Origin: Eledone cirrhosa
Lineage: Eukaryota
Reading direction: 5' to 3'
NCBI GenBank assembly: GCA_964016885.1
Contig: OZ024741.1
Coordinates: forward strand, 126,356,001 to 126,420,000
DNA length: 64,000 nucleotides
Under the pieces are notes generated by a model. That model saw only the letters and a list, made by a program, of their open reading frames with translations. It made no database searches and had not been told where the DNA came from. Position numbers and translations under genes: made by a program. Shown piece by piece: positions 43,070 through 56,690 of this stretch (position 1 is its first letter; each line of letters begins with the position of its first letter).

Positions 43070-44827
43070 CATACACATCTTGGCTCAATGGCCGAGAGTT
43101 TTCTACTATAAACTCTGATTGGCCAATGTCCACAATCGACTGAAAGCAGACACATACGCTGTTGATATTTTCCCTCTTTCTAATCAAATCAGTCGTTTTC
43201 ATTACAATCACAATTTTATAAAATAATTTGTCTTCTTGATTCTCGTTGTAATAATCCACTGCGAATGCAATTACTAATGGCAATTACTGTTTAATTGCTT
43301 TCTATCCAATTTATTTTGGATGGTTAATAGCCGAATAATACACATATCCACTGAGGATTAAACTCGAGTAAACGTTTCAAGGTCGTGAGCCAGAATTTGT
43401 TTGGCTGCAGTATAGCGATAAATTGTTTTAGTTACAGTAAGATATAAAAAAAAAATGTAATGGATTGTTGAAAGTTTGATGGAATTGTATGAGCGCCGTC
43501 TTGACACAGGATGTGTCTTGGGCATTTTAAACCTGGCGGAGTCCATTCCTCTCAATGTTGGCACACAGATGATTTCTTTCGTTTCGGATAGAGATAGATA
43601 GATAGATAGATAGATAGAGATAGATAGAGAATAGAGAGACAGAGAGAGAGAGAGAGATCCCACTAATAGGTTGGCACTTTATTTATCGACATCGAAAGGG
43701 TGAAAGGCATAGTTGAGCTCGGTGAGAGTGGAATTCAGATCACAATGAACCGGAACAAATACAGCAAAGCATTCTATCCGACGTTCTAACAACTCTGCCA
43801 CTTCGCGTCCTCTTACAATAAGATTGCTTACGTCTTTTATAGCTTCATATTGATTTCTTACGGAAACACAAAGTCACATACGTGGGGTGAACAAACAGTC
43901 AATTCTATCGATCCAGTACTTCGTTTTGTCCACCCCTGAAGACACATGACCTTGTAGTTAGGGTATTGGACTCACGATCATTAGGTCGTAGTTCCGTTCC
44001 TGGAACGGTGAGGCGTTGCCTTCTTGAGCAAAGCATTCCATTTCACCTTGCTTTTCATGATAGAACTAAGTTTTACAATAGAGAAGAATGAAAAAAAATC
44101 GATTAGAAAATTATTATGAGAGAAGTAAACTATGATATTGGTAGCATTGTGTTGCTATATGCCACCAGTGTTTTACATCCTTCCAGTACTGTTAATTGGT
44201 ATATAGAATCAATAACGAATTCCCATCCCTAACTCTATTGACCTTGAGAGGTATAAAATTGATCCTGTTAACTTCAGCTCTGTGCCCTAAGCGTCTACAT
44301 AGTTTGCCTTAATGGTAGCGCCAAACCTGCTTTTAATCCTGTATTTTGAAATAAGCTATGATGTTGGCAAGATTGTGTCGTTATATATTTTCTTTACATT
44401 ATACCACTAGTATTTTCCATCCTACCACTGCTATTAATTGTAACACAATAGCTTTACTGCCTCCCCGACCCTGGACCTTGAGATGGTACTTTTCTCTCGA
44501 TTATCATATGGGTTTCTACTTTTTGTCCCCTCTCCAAAATATGCTTTTCCAGTATTTCTTTTAGATACAATTCCCATCTACTTTTCCCAATGGAATGGAC
44601 CTCCGTCGATTTCGACAATGAATGTTCCAGTAGTTTAATCAATGGAACAGCCTGTTCATGAAATGAACAGTGGAATTGTGTCAGTGACCTGGTCATAGAA
44701 ATGCAGCGAGAATTTGGACCGAATACAACAATTTTTATGTTTTTTAACTGTTTTATAAGTGTTTTTTTAATTGTTTTATACATGTTTTTAAAACTGTTTT
44801 ATGTGATGTTATTTTTTAACTGTTTGT

Positions 44828-45030
44828 GCAGGTGCGTGTGGCTTAGTGGTTAGAGAATTGGAATCACAATCCTGAGGCAAGTTCGATTCCCGAACCAAGC
44901 AATGTGCTGTCTTTGAGCAAGACACTTTATTTAATGTTGATCTCTCTCTGCCAGAAATTGCGATCGATAGATAGTATCACCAATGGAAAGACAAATAGAA
45001 ACATAGTTTCCTTGGTCCCATTTGACGAAG
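44828..45030 (+). mobile_element. SINE family B
   Basis: gtggcttagtggttagag..gttcgattccc. Confidence 0.8.
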
Positions 45031-45748
45031 TTCACCCCACTCGGTAACCGAATGAGGTCTGGGAACTTGCAGATCGTATTTCTTTTTAACTGTTTAAAAT
45101 AGCTCTTCCACACCAAGATTGATATAATTAGATTAACTTCAAATCTCCATTTATTTGAATAACATTATTAAGAAGCTAATTTTTAGATACGGAGTTTTTG
45201 AGTAGATTTCTTTTCGAATGCTAGCTAACAATGGAGGTATTTCATATATTAAAAATAAGTCAGGTGTCACTTTTAGATAAATTTTATTAACATCACGAGA
45301 TGCCATCGAAAAATGAGAGTTATATGGGGTCGGGCATCATTAATGATTTAATGAATGACAATAATTGGTAAAAAAAATACAACAATAATTGGTAAAAAAA
45401 AAAAAAAAATAAATAAAATAAATCGAAGTGTGCCCATAAATTTATTCTGCTCTTAATGCATTAATTCAACGATTTTGAAAATTTGTGTAAAAAATCATTA
45501 AAATCGTTTTCTGAATGTGTGAAGTCAACGGCTACAAATCACACACACAAAAAACTTTTGTTAAGTTTACGTTAAGTCTGAAACAGATAAATCTATTTTT
45601 CGAGAATTGCTAAAATTAAAACCTATTTTTTTTTTTTTTTTTTTACAATTTTACCGGTTTCAGTCATTAGGCTGCGGCCATGCTAAGGCACCAGCTTGAT
45701 TAATTTGATCATATTGACCCCACCACACACACACATGCACACACACAC

Positions 45749-45804
<56 letters not shown>

Positions 45805-45805
<1 letters not shown>

Positions 45806-45900
45806 AAGAGAGTGTGGTAAGCAACCAGGTGGACCATAACGTTCGGATCTGGGTGGCAAAACGGCCGGAGCTCAGCTGTCGGGGTCCTGAACTCCCCCCA

Positions 45901-45902
<2 letters not shown>
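45805..45902. mobile_element. Diverged mini-PLE pLTR fragment with inverted tail
   Basis: gtgtggtaagcaaccaggtggaccataacg + acggccggagctcagctgtcggggtcc. Confidence 0.75.
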
Positions 45903-45945
<43 letters not shown>

Positions 45946-46047
45946 AATGAAGTAATTCCATCGGAAAAGTCCAGGAAAAAATAGTGCTCTATGTATGCAA
46001 CAGAGCTTAATTATTATTATTATGTAATAAACAACATAAGGCAATTA

Positions 46048-46107
46048 TTCCATTTACCAGTGGTTTCTTAAAAGCAAAAGGTTTTGCTTTCAATCCTCAG
46101 AATGAAA
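46048..46107 (-). ncRNA. Type I hammerhead ribozyme (inverted copy)
   Basis: Reverse complement of 53919-53978. Confidence 0.85.
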
Positions 46108-46393
46108 AATCCTGGTTTGTTTATTGAATATGGATTCTAAAAACAAAAATGCAATCTATATGAAAGTGAGGCTGGAAAAGGGAGAAGGAAAGGAAAAATA
46201 AAATAAAACTACACATGCAAACACACACAAAAAAAAAAAAAAAAAAACCCCAAAGGCATACTTACACACACATACATATATACATATATATAAATGTACG
46301 CATACACATATACATATACACATATATATATATAAAGAGCGTACACATATACACACATACACATATATACACACATATACACATACATACATT

Positions 46394-46461
<68 letters not shown>

Positions 46462-46493
46462 CATACACACACACATATATATACATGTACATA

Positions 46494-46558
<65 letters not shown>

Positions 46559-46938
46559 GTGTGTGTACAAGCATACACATACACACACACATATATATAC
46601 ACACATACATACATTCACACAAACATACAACGTACATACATACACATACATGAATGCACTCCACTACATATTCACACACGCAAATAAATAAAAGAAAAAA
46701 ATATATAAATTATATTAACAAATTTTTGACAGCGATACATGCCCCAGCTAACAGGACAGACACGCGTGGTAAGTAATACACACAAAAGCACATATACATA
46801 CGTACGAAATAGTAAACACATACACACACTCTCACACATAAATATACATATACAAATACATAAACACGTACATACACATACATACACAAACACGTACACG
46901 TATATCATATAAACACACACATGTATATGTAATTATAT

Positions 46939-46991
<53 letters not shown>

Positions 46992-47399
46992 CAAAAATAT
47001 AAAAATATAAACGCACACACACATATAAATACGTAAACACACATATACATACATAGCTAAACGATTATACACATGCAAATACGTATATATCAAAAGCACG
47101 CACAACCAAATACAAACACACACACACACACACACCCACACACACACACCCACACATACATAAAAATAAATAAATACACACGCACACATATACATACATA
47201 CACATACATATACACATATATACATATACATATATATATATATACATATACATACATATATATATACATATATATGTAGGAGGTGAGTTTTATTGTAGTA
47301 CAATAAAGCAATGCAGATATCGGATAAGAAGCACTCTACAGTTTGTAGGACTGGAGTATACATAATATAAGATCAAAAGATGGTTAAAGGAGTTCCATG

Positions 47400-47470
47400 T
47401 ATTTTATTATGCGCATTTCAAAAACAAACATCATCATGCAATAATATTTGTGTTTTCATCAGATAAAACA
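47400..47470 (-). ncRNA. Type I hammerhead ribozyme (inverted copy)
   Basis: Reverse complement of 52633-52703. Confidence 0.9.
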
Positions 47471-49243
47471 GGAGAACATGATATGAAGGCTAAAAAACAC
47501 TTGTGGATAGTGCAGTTTTAAATCAACATATGAAAAGTGGTTTTAGATTGATGTGTGATATTGGGAAAAATATTTTATTTAGAGAGGGGGGTGTGGAAAG
47601 GATGAAAAAGGGGAGGAGATGAGAGGGAGAGATGGGTGATAGAGAGAGATAGTTTTTATAACTGAGAGGAGATATATTGTTTTACATAGAGAGGTTGAAA
47701 ACCGTTGGAAGATAATGTATAAATTAAAAAAATTTGAAAATTGACGAAAGGAGGATATGTGCGAGGAAAAAGTATTTTATTTAGGGAGGGGGGGGGGAAG
47801 GATGAAAAAAAGGGGGAGGAGATGAGAGTGAAGGTGGAGAGAGAGAGATGGGTGATAGAGAGAAAGAGATAGTTTTTATAACAGAGAGAAAGATATATTG
47901 TTTACATAGAGAGGTTGAGAACCGTTGGAAGATAATGTATAAATTAAAGGAATTTGAAAATTAACGAAGGGAATTTATGTATGAAGATAGAGAGAAGAAA
48001 TAATAATTGTGGATGAATATTCTAACGTCAAAAAAGGGTATGTTGATAAGTATTGTGGCAATTTCAAAATTAACGAAGAGAAAAATTATTAAGGTTTGTG
48101 TGTAGAAGGATTTGAGAAAAATAATGTGAAGTTAAAGTTTGTATATTGGAGAAATTGATAATATATGCGAATAAAGAGTTAATATGTATTAAGAATGAGT
48201 TCGTTGATGGGGAGAAAAAAATAATAAATTAAGGATGAAATTGAGATTAAAAAGATTTATGATAGAGAGAAAAAAATAATGATTGCGGATGAATATTCTA
48301 ACGTCAAAAAACAGATGTATATGTTATGAAGGATTTTACAAGGTGAAGATAGAATGAGGGTAATGAGTAAACAAGTATTATAGAGTGTATAATGCCCTTT
48401 AAAGTATGGTAGGAAGATGGGTATATTTTAAAGAGGTGTATGTATATGTGCCTTTGAGAAAAGATTCTAAATTGATAAAGAATTGAATATTAACTGTATA
48501 CTTTGTGAAAAGTTCTATGGAATTTATGCAGGCAGATAGAAAACAAATCTGTACGTCTATTTATTATAGAATCTAGGTTAGAGATAATGGTAAATTTTTC
48601 ATTTAGGCAGAGCTTACAGATTTTAGATAGAGAGCTGTTCAAGTATGAGGACGCAGAAGAAACCTTCTTCCAAAAGATGGTATATTTAATGTTTTTGTCT
48701 TTTAAGGACCATATGAGTTCTGAGAGAGCAGTGTTGGTTCTTTTAAGTTTGTATTTGAAAGATGAATGATGATTATAGAGACGAGCTTTAAAAGAGGTGG
48801 AAGTGGAGCCAAAATATGTGAAGGAATTGGTGCTAGTTATAATTTTACATTCATAAATTATGTTTTTATCGAGACAATGGTTGTTGAGAGGATATTTATT
48901 TTTAATGCGGCAGTTGCAATTAGAGAGATTATTAATGAGTGACCTAGTGTTATCTATAGAGGGAATTGGATTGGAGAAGTTGTTTGCGATAGGAATAATA
49001 GGAATAATAGTTTCTTGATTTAGAGTTGGATTATGAACATTTAGCGAAGTTGTGTTTGACGTTGTATTTGGGTTTACAGAAGTTAGCCTAGGGTTTACAA
49101 TGACGTCGGGAGTACTATTACTGTTATTATGAAATTCAATGTTGAAAACTCAATGAAATTCAATGTTGTAAAATCCTTAACGGTTGAGCGCTTACTCTCA
49201 TATTGGATACCTTTTGATGGTCCTTCACCTCTTCTTCTACAAC

Positions 49244-51638
49244 ATGGATTATTACAACATAACCAATTCAACTAAAGACATTCCTATACCTGGTAAATCT
49301 GAATTCACCAAACTTCTTATTGAAAAAACTGACTCCTTCGTAAGAAGACTTAGATGGACAGCCTATTTCTATGACCAGCGCCTAAAGGGAACTTCCATAC
49401 CAAAGAACATAACTTCCTTGATCATCCTTTTAATTCTAGACGAAATCCTCCTTCCAACAAAAATCTAGTACAATTCGAGGAAGAATTAACTAAAATAATA
49501 AAAAATCTTAAATTCAAGAGATACCCTTACAAAGGACAAGAGCACCTTGTAAATCTCAAGAACACAATCTCTAACCTAAATTCCTCAAAAAATGTTTTAG
49601 TCCACTCTGACAAAACCAATAACTTATATGGTATTTCCAAGGATAATTATAACAACCTTATCCTAAAGGAACTTAGGAAAAAGTATCGTAAAACCAACCA
49701 TGAACATTTAGAATACATAAACCTTGAAGCCTCTGATATTATGTCAAAACTTGGCATTGAAAAAAAGACCGAACCATTCCTCCCAAGAACTCCGAGGATA
49801 AATCTCAAGGATCACAAAAACAATTTTCGCACTGAACTACCTGTTAGATTAATTGCCCCCTCTAAATCTGATCTGGGGGTTGTTAGTAAAGCCATCTTGG
49901 ATAGAATTATCCCACAGGTTAGTTCTAATTGCTCTTCTTTGAACCTAAATTTATGGTTTGGTACTTCTGAGGTGATTGGCTGGTTCAACAAATTGGATAA
50001 TAAAAACAAACTAAAATTTATTCAATTTGATATTGCCAGCTACTATTCCTCCATTTCGCCTTCACTTCTCAATAATGCTCTATCTTTCGCACTTAAATAT
50101 TCTGACATCACCACAGATGAACTTCACATCATCCTCACCGCACGTAAAACCATCCTAGAGTTCAACAACGAATATTGGACCAGAGCCGATACCTCTAACA
50201 ACTTCGACATCACAATGGGAGCATCCGATTCATCCCAATTGACTGATTTAATTGGTATCTTCATTTTGAACTCTTTGAGTCGGAAAATTCCTCAACTTCG
50301 CGGTGGAATTTATCGTGACGATGGACTCTTTACTATCCTAAATTGCAATATAGTTAACCTTAATATTATTAAGAACAATATACGTAATCTCTTTAACCAA
50401 CATAACCTAAAAATTGAATTTGATAATAGTATCAAACTAGCTAATTTCTTGGATGTATCTCTTAATCTTGACACTGGCCTATATTACCCTTACCATAAAA
50501 ACAATGAGAACCTAAATTATGTTAACTTTAAATCTAACCATCCTAACAATATCAAGAATGCTATAGTTAGTAATATTGGAAAAAGAATATCTAACATATC
50601 CTCTAATAAAAACATCTTTGATGCTAACGCCAATTACTATAATAACGCACTTTCTAAAGCCGGCTATCCAGATAAAATCAAATATAGTAAAGAAACAAAT
50701 TCTAGAAAAACTTACAGTAGAATCATGATCATTCCAATAATTTTAATAAAAGACCTAGATACAAAAACATAATCTGGTATAATGCTCCTTTCTCCATCTC
50801 TATTAATAACAATATTCCTTAATTATTTTTTAGTGCCTTAAATAAATGCTTCCCTCCCTCACATATCTATAGTAAAATATTTAACAAACACATCATCAAA
50901 TTTTCTTATTCCACATCCTCCAATATTTCCAACATCATCTCTAAACACAACAATAAAATACTAAATACTAAATCTCTTCCTTCCAACATTGAATTTCATA
51001 ATAACAGTAATAGTACTCCCGACGTCATTGTAAACCCTAGGCTAACTTCTGTAAACCCAAATACAACATCAAACACAACTTCGCTAAATGTTCATAATCC
51101 AACTCTAAATCAAGAAACTATTATTCCTATTATTCCTATCGCAAACAACTTCTCCAATCCAATTCCTTCTATAGATAACACTAGGTCACTCATTAATAAT
51201 CTCTCTAATTGCAACTGCCGCATTAAAAATAAATGTCCTCTCAACAACCATTGTCTCGATAAAAACTTAATTTATGAATGTAAAATTATAACTAGCACCA
51301 ATTCCTTCACATATTTTGGCTCCACTTCCACCTCTTTTAAAGCTCGTCTCTATAATCATCATTCATCTTTCAAATACAAACTTAAAAGAACCAACACTGC
51401 TCTCTCAGAACTCATATGGTCCTTAAAAGACAACAACATTAAATATAGCATCTTTGGGAAGAAGATTTCTTCTGCATCCTCATACTTGAACAGCTCTCTA
51501 TCTAAAATCTGTAATCTCTGCCTAAATGAAAAATTTACCATTATCTCTAACCTAGATTCTATAATAAATAGACGTACAGATTTGTTTTCTATCTGCCTGC
51601 ATAAATTCCATAGAACTTTTCACAAAGTATACAGTTAA
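49244..51638 (+). pseudogene. Near-full-length Penelope-like (Naiad-type) RT + Zn linker + GIY-YIG ORF; 2 frameshifts and a stop at 50820
   Basis: STKDIPIP..LIEKTDSFVRRLRWTA; KDHKNNF..RLIAPSKS; QFDIASYY; FDITMGA; IYRDDGL; NFLDVSL; SNHP; IIWYNAPFS; CNCRIKNKCPLNNHC; LIY..YFG; RLYNH; CNLCLNEK..SICLH. Confidence 0.96.
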
Positions 51639-52632
51639 TATTCAATTCTTTATCAATTTAGAATCTTTTCTCAAAGGCACATATACATACACCTCTTTAA
51701 AATATACCCATCTTCCTACCATACTTTAAAGGGCATTATACACTCTATAATACTTGTTTACTCATTACCCTCATTCTATCTTCACCTTGTAAAATCCTTC
51801 ATAACATATACATCTGTTTTTTGACGTTAGAATATTCATCCGCAATCATTATTTTTTTCTCTCTATCATAAATCTTTTTAATCTCAATTTCATCCTTAAT
51901 TTATTATTTTTTTCTCCCCATCATATTAACTCTTTATTCGCATATATTATCAATTCCTCCAATATACAAACTTTAACTTCACATTATTTTTCTCAAATCC
52001 TTCTACACACAAACCTTAATAATTTTTCTCTTCGTTAATTTTGAAATTGCCACAATACTTATCAACATACCCTTTTTTGACGTTAGAATATTCATCCACA
52101 ATTATTATTTCTTCTCTCTATCTTCATACATAAATTCCCTTCGTTAATTTTCAAATTCCTTTAATTTATACATTATCTTCCAACGGTTCTCAACCTCTCT
52201 ATGTAAACAATATATCTTTCTCTCTCTTATAAAAACTATCTCTTTCTCTCTATCACCCATCTCTCTCTCTCCACCTTCACTCTCATCTCCTCCCCCTTTT
52301 TTTCATCCTTTCCACCCCCCTCCCTAAATAAAATACTTTTTCCTCGCACATATCCTCCTTTCGTTAATTTTCAATTTTTTTTAATTTATACATTATCTTC
52401 CAACGGTTTTCAACCTCTCTATGTAAAACAATATATCTCCTCTCAGTTATAAAAACTATCTCTTTCTCTCTATCACCCATCTCTCCCTCTCATCTCCTCC
52501 CCTTTTTCACCCCCCCCTCTCTAAATAAAATATTTTTCCCAATATCACACATCAATCTAAAACCATTTTTCATATGTTGATTTAAAACTGCACTATCCAC
52601 AAGTGTTTTTTAGCCTTCATATCATGTTCTCC

Positions 52633-52703
52633 TGTTTTATCTGATGAAAACACAAATATTATTGCATGATGATGTTTGTTTTTGAAATGCGCATAATAAA
52701 ATA
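52633..52703 (+). ncRNA. Type I minimal hammerhead ribozyme of the PLE pLTR
   Basis: tgttttat-CTGATGA-aaacacaaatattat..atgatgtttgttttt-GAAA-tgcgca-TA-ataaaata. Confidence 0.9.
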
Positions 52704-52899
52704 CATGGAACTCCTTTAACCATCTTTTGATCTTATATTATATATATGTATATATGTATATATGTATATATATATGTATGTATATGTATATATATATATA
52801 TGTATATGTATATATGTGTATATGTATGTGTATGTATGTATATGTGTGCGTGTGTATTTATTTATTTTTATGTATGTGTGGGTGTGTGTGTGTGTGTGG

Positions 52900-52930
<31 letters not shown>

Positions 52931-53467
52931 TATTTGGTTGTGCGTGCTTTTGATATATACGTATTTGCATGTGTATAATTGTTTAGCTATGTATGTATAT
53001 GTGTGTTTACGTATTTATATGTGTGTGTGCGTTTATATTTTTATATTTTTGTATGTATATATATATATATATATGTCTGTGTGTGTGTGTATATAATTAC
53101 ATATACATGTGTGTGTTTATATTATATACGTGTACGTGTTTGTGTATGTATGTGTATGTACGTGTTTATGTATTTGTATATGTATATTTATGTGTGAGAG
53201 TGTGTGTATGTGTTTACTATTTCGTACGTATGTATATGTGCTTTTGTGTGTATTACTTACCACGCGTGTCTGTCCTGTTAGCTGGGGCATGTATCGCTGT
53301 CAAAAATTTGTTAATATATATTTATATATTTTTTCTTATATTTATTTGCGTGTGTGAATATGTAGTGGAGTGCATTCATGTATGTGTATGTATGTACGTT
53401 GTATGTTTGTGTGAATGTATGTATGTGTGTATATATATGTGTGTGTGTATGTGTATGCTAGTACACA

Positions 53468-53545
<78 letters not shown>

Positions 53546-53580
53546 TGTACATGTATATATATGTGTGTGTGTATGTGTGC

Positions 53581-53625
<45 letters not shown>

Positions 53626-53918
53626 AATGTATGTATGTGTATATGTGTGTATATATGTGTATGTGTGTGTAGGTGTACGCTCTTTATATATATATATGTG
53701 TATATGTATATGTGTATGCGTACATTTATATATATGTATATATGTATGTGTGTGTAAGTATGCTTTTGGGTTTGTTTTTTTTAATTTTGTTTTTTATGTG
53801 TGTGTTTGCATGTGTAGTTTTATTTTATTTTTCCTTTCCTTCTCCCTTTTCCAGCCTCACTTTCATATAGATTGCATTTTTGTTTTTAGAATCCATATTC
53901 AATAAACAAACCAAGATT

Positions 53919-53978
53919 TTTCATTCTGAGGATTGAAAGCAAAACCTTTTGCTTTTAAGAAACCACTGGTAAATGGAA
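53919..53978 (+). ncRNA. Type I hammerhead ribozyme (second family)
   Basis: tttcatt-CTGAGGA-ttgaaagcaaa..tttgcttttaa-GAAA-ccactgg-TA-aatggaa. Confidence 0.85.
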
Positions 53979-54591
53979 TAATTGCCTTATGTTGTTTATT
54001 ACATAATAATAATAATATATATATATATATATAGAATGTTTTTATGGATCGATATTATATATCGCCCTCGAACTGTTCACTCAACTACTTGCTCAACAGA
54101 AACAGGGGTAATTTTGTTACAGTGGAGAAGCGACAACACCGAAATAAAACATACTCGGCTGATCAATAAAATTTACATTGAATCATTAAAAGTATTGATA
54201 TTTACCCGTACCATATCTTTTCAATTAAGACAAACTACTAATTACGCTCAGTAAAAATTGTTAATTAACAGTTAATTATGATATAATTTAGGACTGGCAG
54301 TATCTCATCTTTTAAACATTTATATTAAACTGGCTGATTTCTAAACGGAATAAGCAATATTCTGTTGCATCACAAAATTTCAACAAAGCTATGTTTGAAG
54401 GTTATCTAAATATATGTAGACGCATGGCTGGATGTGTGGTTGAGAAGTTCGCCTCGCCTCTACGTGTTTCTTAATTCAGTCCCAATGTGTGACACCGTGA
54501 TTATATCATTTCTACTATAACTTCGGGATGACCAATGACTTGTGAGTAGGGATTGATAGACAGAATCTGCAGAAGCACATCGTAAACGTGT

Positions 54592-54790
54592 GTGAAGGCG
54601 TGTAGCTTAGTGGTTAAAGAATTGGATTCACAATCGTTAGGTAACGAGTTCGATTTCCGGACCTGACGATGCGTTATATACATCCTTGGACAGACACTTT
54701 ATTTCACGTTGCGACCACAAGGCAGGTAGTATCAGCAATGGGAAGACTTGTGGAAAAACATTGTTTTCTTGGTCCGATTTGACGGGTTCC
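54592..54790 (+). mobile_element. SINE family B
   Basis: tRNA-like head and the shared body. Confidence 0.8.
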
Positions 54791-54829
54791 ACCTCACTTG
54801 AAAAGCAAGTGAGGCCTGGAATATTGTCG

Positions 54830-54864
<35 letters not shown>

Positions 54865-55576
54865 CGTGTGTGTTTATCTGTTTTTACGTTTACTTTTTTG
54901 ACATAGTACCAGACTTGTTGAAATATATATTGAGATCTATATGATAGGCTAAACCCCTTTAATGCCTTCCCACATCAAAGCCATAGTCTAATGACTAAAA
55001 CCAGTAAAATAATATATACGAGTATAAAAAAATCCAAAATATTTGAATTGATGAATGTCATGTATACCTTCAATAATAATTCATCATATCTATGAGATTT
55101 TGTAGTATTTAGTCTGACAGTGATTAATCGACCATGTTTGTTTTTGTGTGTAATGATTCGGTGATTCATTTCAAGATTGTTATGTTACTGAGGGATATGG
55201 TATTATTAAGGTCGATGAAAGTATGCAAGAAAGCTAACGTAAATATTGAACATAAACGTGTCCAGCTTGGAAATATGTTCTATATCATGTTATGTGATTC
55301 TCGTATTACTATGTTGGGTATCAATATTAAAGTGAAGCCATTGTGTGTAATACGTTTTTATATTGATAATTTTTGTGAAATTAATGTGCATGTTATGTAT
55401 TAAAGTGCCTATTGAATATTAAAAAGATGTAACATAATATATATGCGTTCAGTCCCACTGCACGGCACCTTGGACAAGTGTCTTCTACTATACCTATGGG
55501 TTTACCAATACCATGTGAATGGAATTTGGTAGATGCAAACTCAGAATCCCATTCCAGAGAGAGAAAAAGGAGGGGA

Positions 55577-55631
<55 letters not shown>

Positions 55632-56280
55632 AATAAGTACCAGACTTGATAAATAAATTCGGACGTCGATATGGTCCACTTAATCAAGGTAATGTCGCAA
55701 GTGGCCGTTGTCTAACGAATGAAACCAGTAAAATAATACAAGAAATATGTATACACTAATATAAATATTATTGGATAAGCTAAATAGCAAAGTCTCACAG
55801 ATCTTCTCAGCCTTATAATCAAGCCTTATCTAACGCAAATTGTTATATTTCTTGATAGTTTGAACGTCCATAGTTATCTTCGTCACGGAAGGTACATCGG
55901 TGATGGACTTTGTTCAGCTCTCTGACTAACACCTAATACTTGCTATTTTGATAGTAAATGAAATGATAGTCGGCTCTTTCAAAAACAGCTAACAAACGAG
56001 AGAAATTTGCCCTGGAAAGTTATTTAGGAATGTTATCATGTCCATGTTATCGCTTTCGACATATTTCGTTCAATTAATATCATTTTTAACTGGAGCCAGT
56101 TTAACTGCGTTAAATTCTTACTTTCATACTTTAATAAATTCTTTGTATATCTCCTTTGGTCTGTTATCCATCGACAAATGCTTAATTGAATAACTATTTT
56201 TTTGGCGGAGGAGTGTATTTAGTTTGACATAAGATCCGTTGTACGTGTGTGTTTGTGTTTGCTTCTAAACTTACTCTCAC

Positions 56281-56412
56281 GGCCTCGTGCTTAACTCTTC
56301 CACCCCGCCACCCTTCAGAAACGCCAAGATTGAAAAATGAACCCAACGATTCAATTTCCAATCTTTGGCAGCAGGATTGGTAACTTTTAGCAGTTCAGAA
56401 CATGCTACTAAG
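56281..56412 (-). CDS. Candidate 132-bp internal host exon (phase 2-2), product unknown
   Basis: Acceptor cattttttag, donor gtgaga (or gtaagt 6 nt further); single open frame LVACSELLKVTNPAAKDWKLNRWVHFSILAFLKGGGVEELSTR; GC higher than the flanks. Confidence 0.45.
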
Positions 56413-56432
56413 CTAAAAAATGTGTGTACATT

Positions 56433-56690
56433 ATAGAACCAACATTTTTGTAGTGTAGTGATCGGTGTAGAACTAAATACACGTTTAGTGAAGTGTAGAG
56501 ATCGGTATAGAATGAAAGTTACATTTCTGTTGTGTAGAAATTGGTATAGAACCAAATACACGTTTAATGTAGTGTAGAAAATGATATGAAACTAAAGGCA
56601 CGTTTCTGTAATGTAGAAGTGACTAGAACTTGTTTAAAGACTGATTTCTGTAGTATAGAAATTGCTATAGAACTAAAGACATGTTTTCAT
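56433..56690. repeat. Degenerate 39-40-bp tandem repeat, about 6 units
   Basis: gtgtagaaattggtatagaactaaatacacgttt repeats at 56453, 56493, 56532 and 56572. Confidence 0.85.

Larger units (their letters stand above)
46010..49144 (-). repeat. 3.1-kb inverted copy of 50984-54016 (EN domain, UTR, two HHRs, microsatellite-rich segment)
   Basis: Near-identical reverse complement; the left arm has extra segments at about 47278-47362 and 48186-48206. Confidence 0.95.

Noticed and set aside
44560-44720. Apparent exon with Trp/Cys-rich peptide
   Set aside because: It is the reverse complement of the SINE core seen at 60480-60545.
48587-51541. Duplicated 60-aa ORFs MVNFSFRQ...
   Set aside because: Antisense shadow of the GIY-YIG domain in the two inverted arms.
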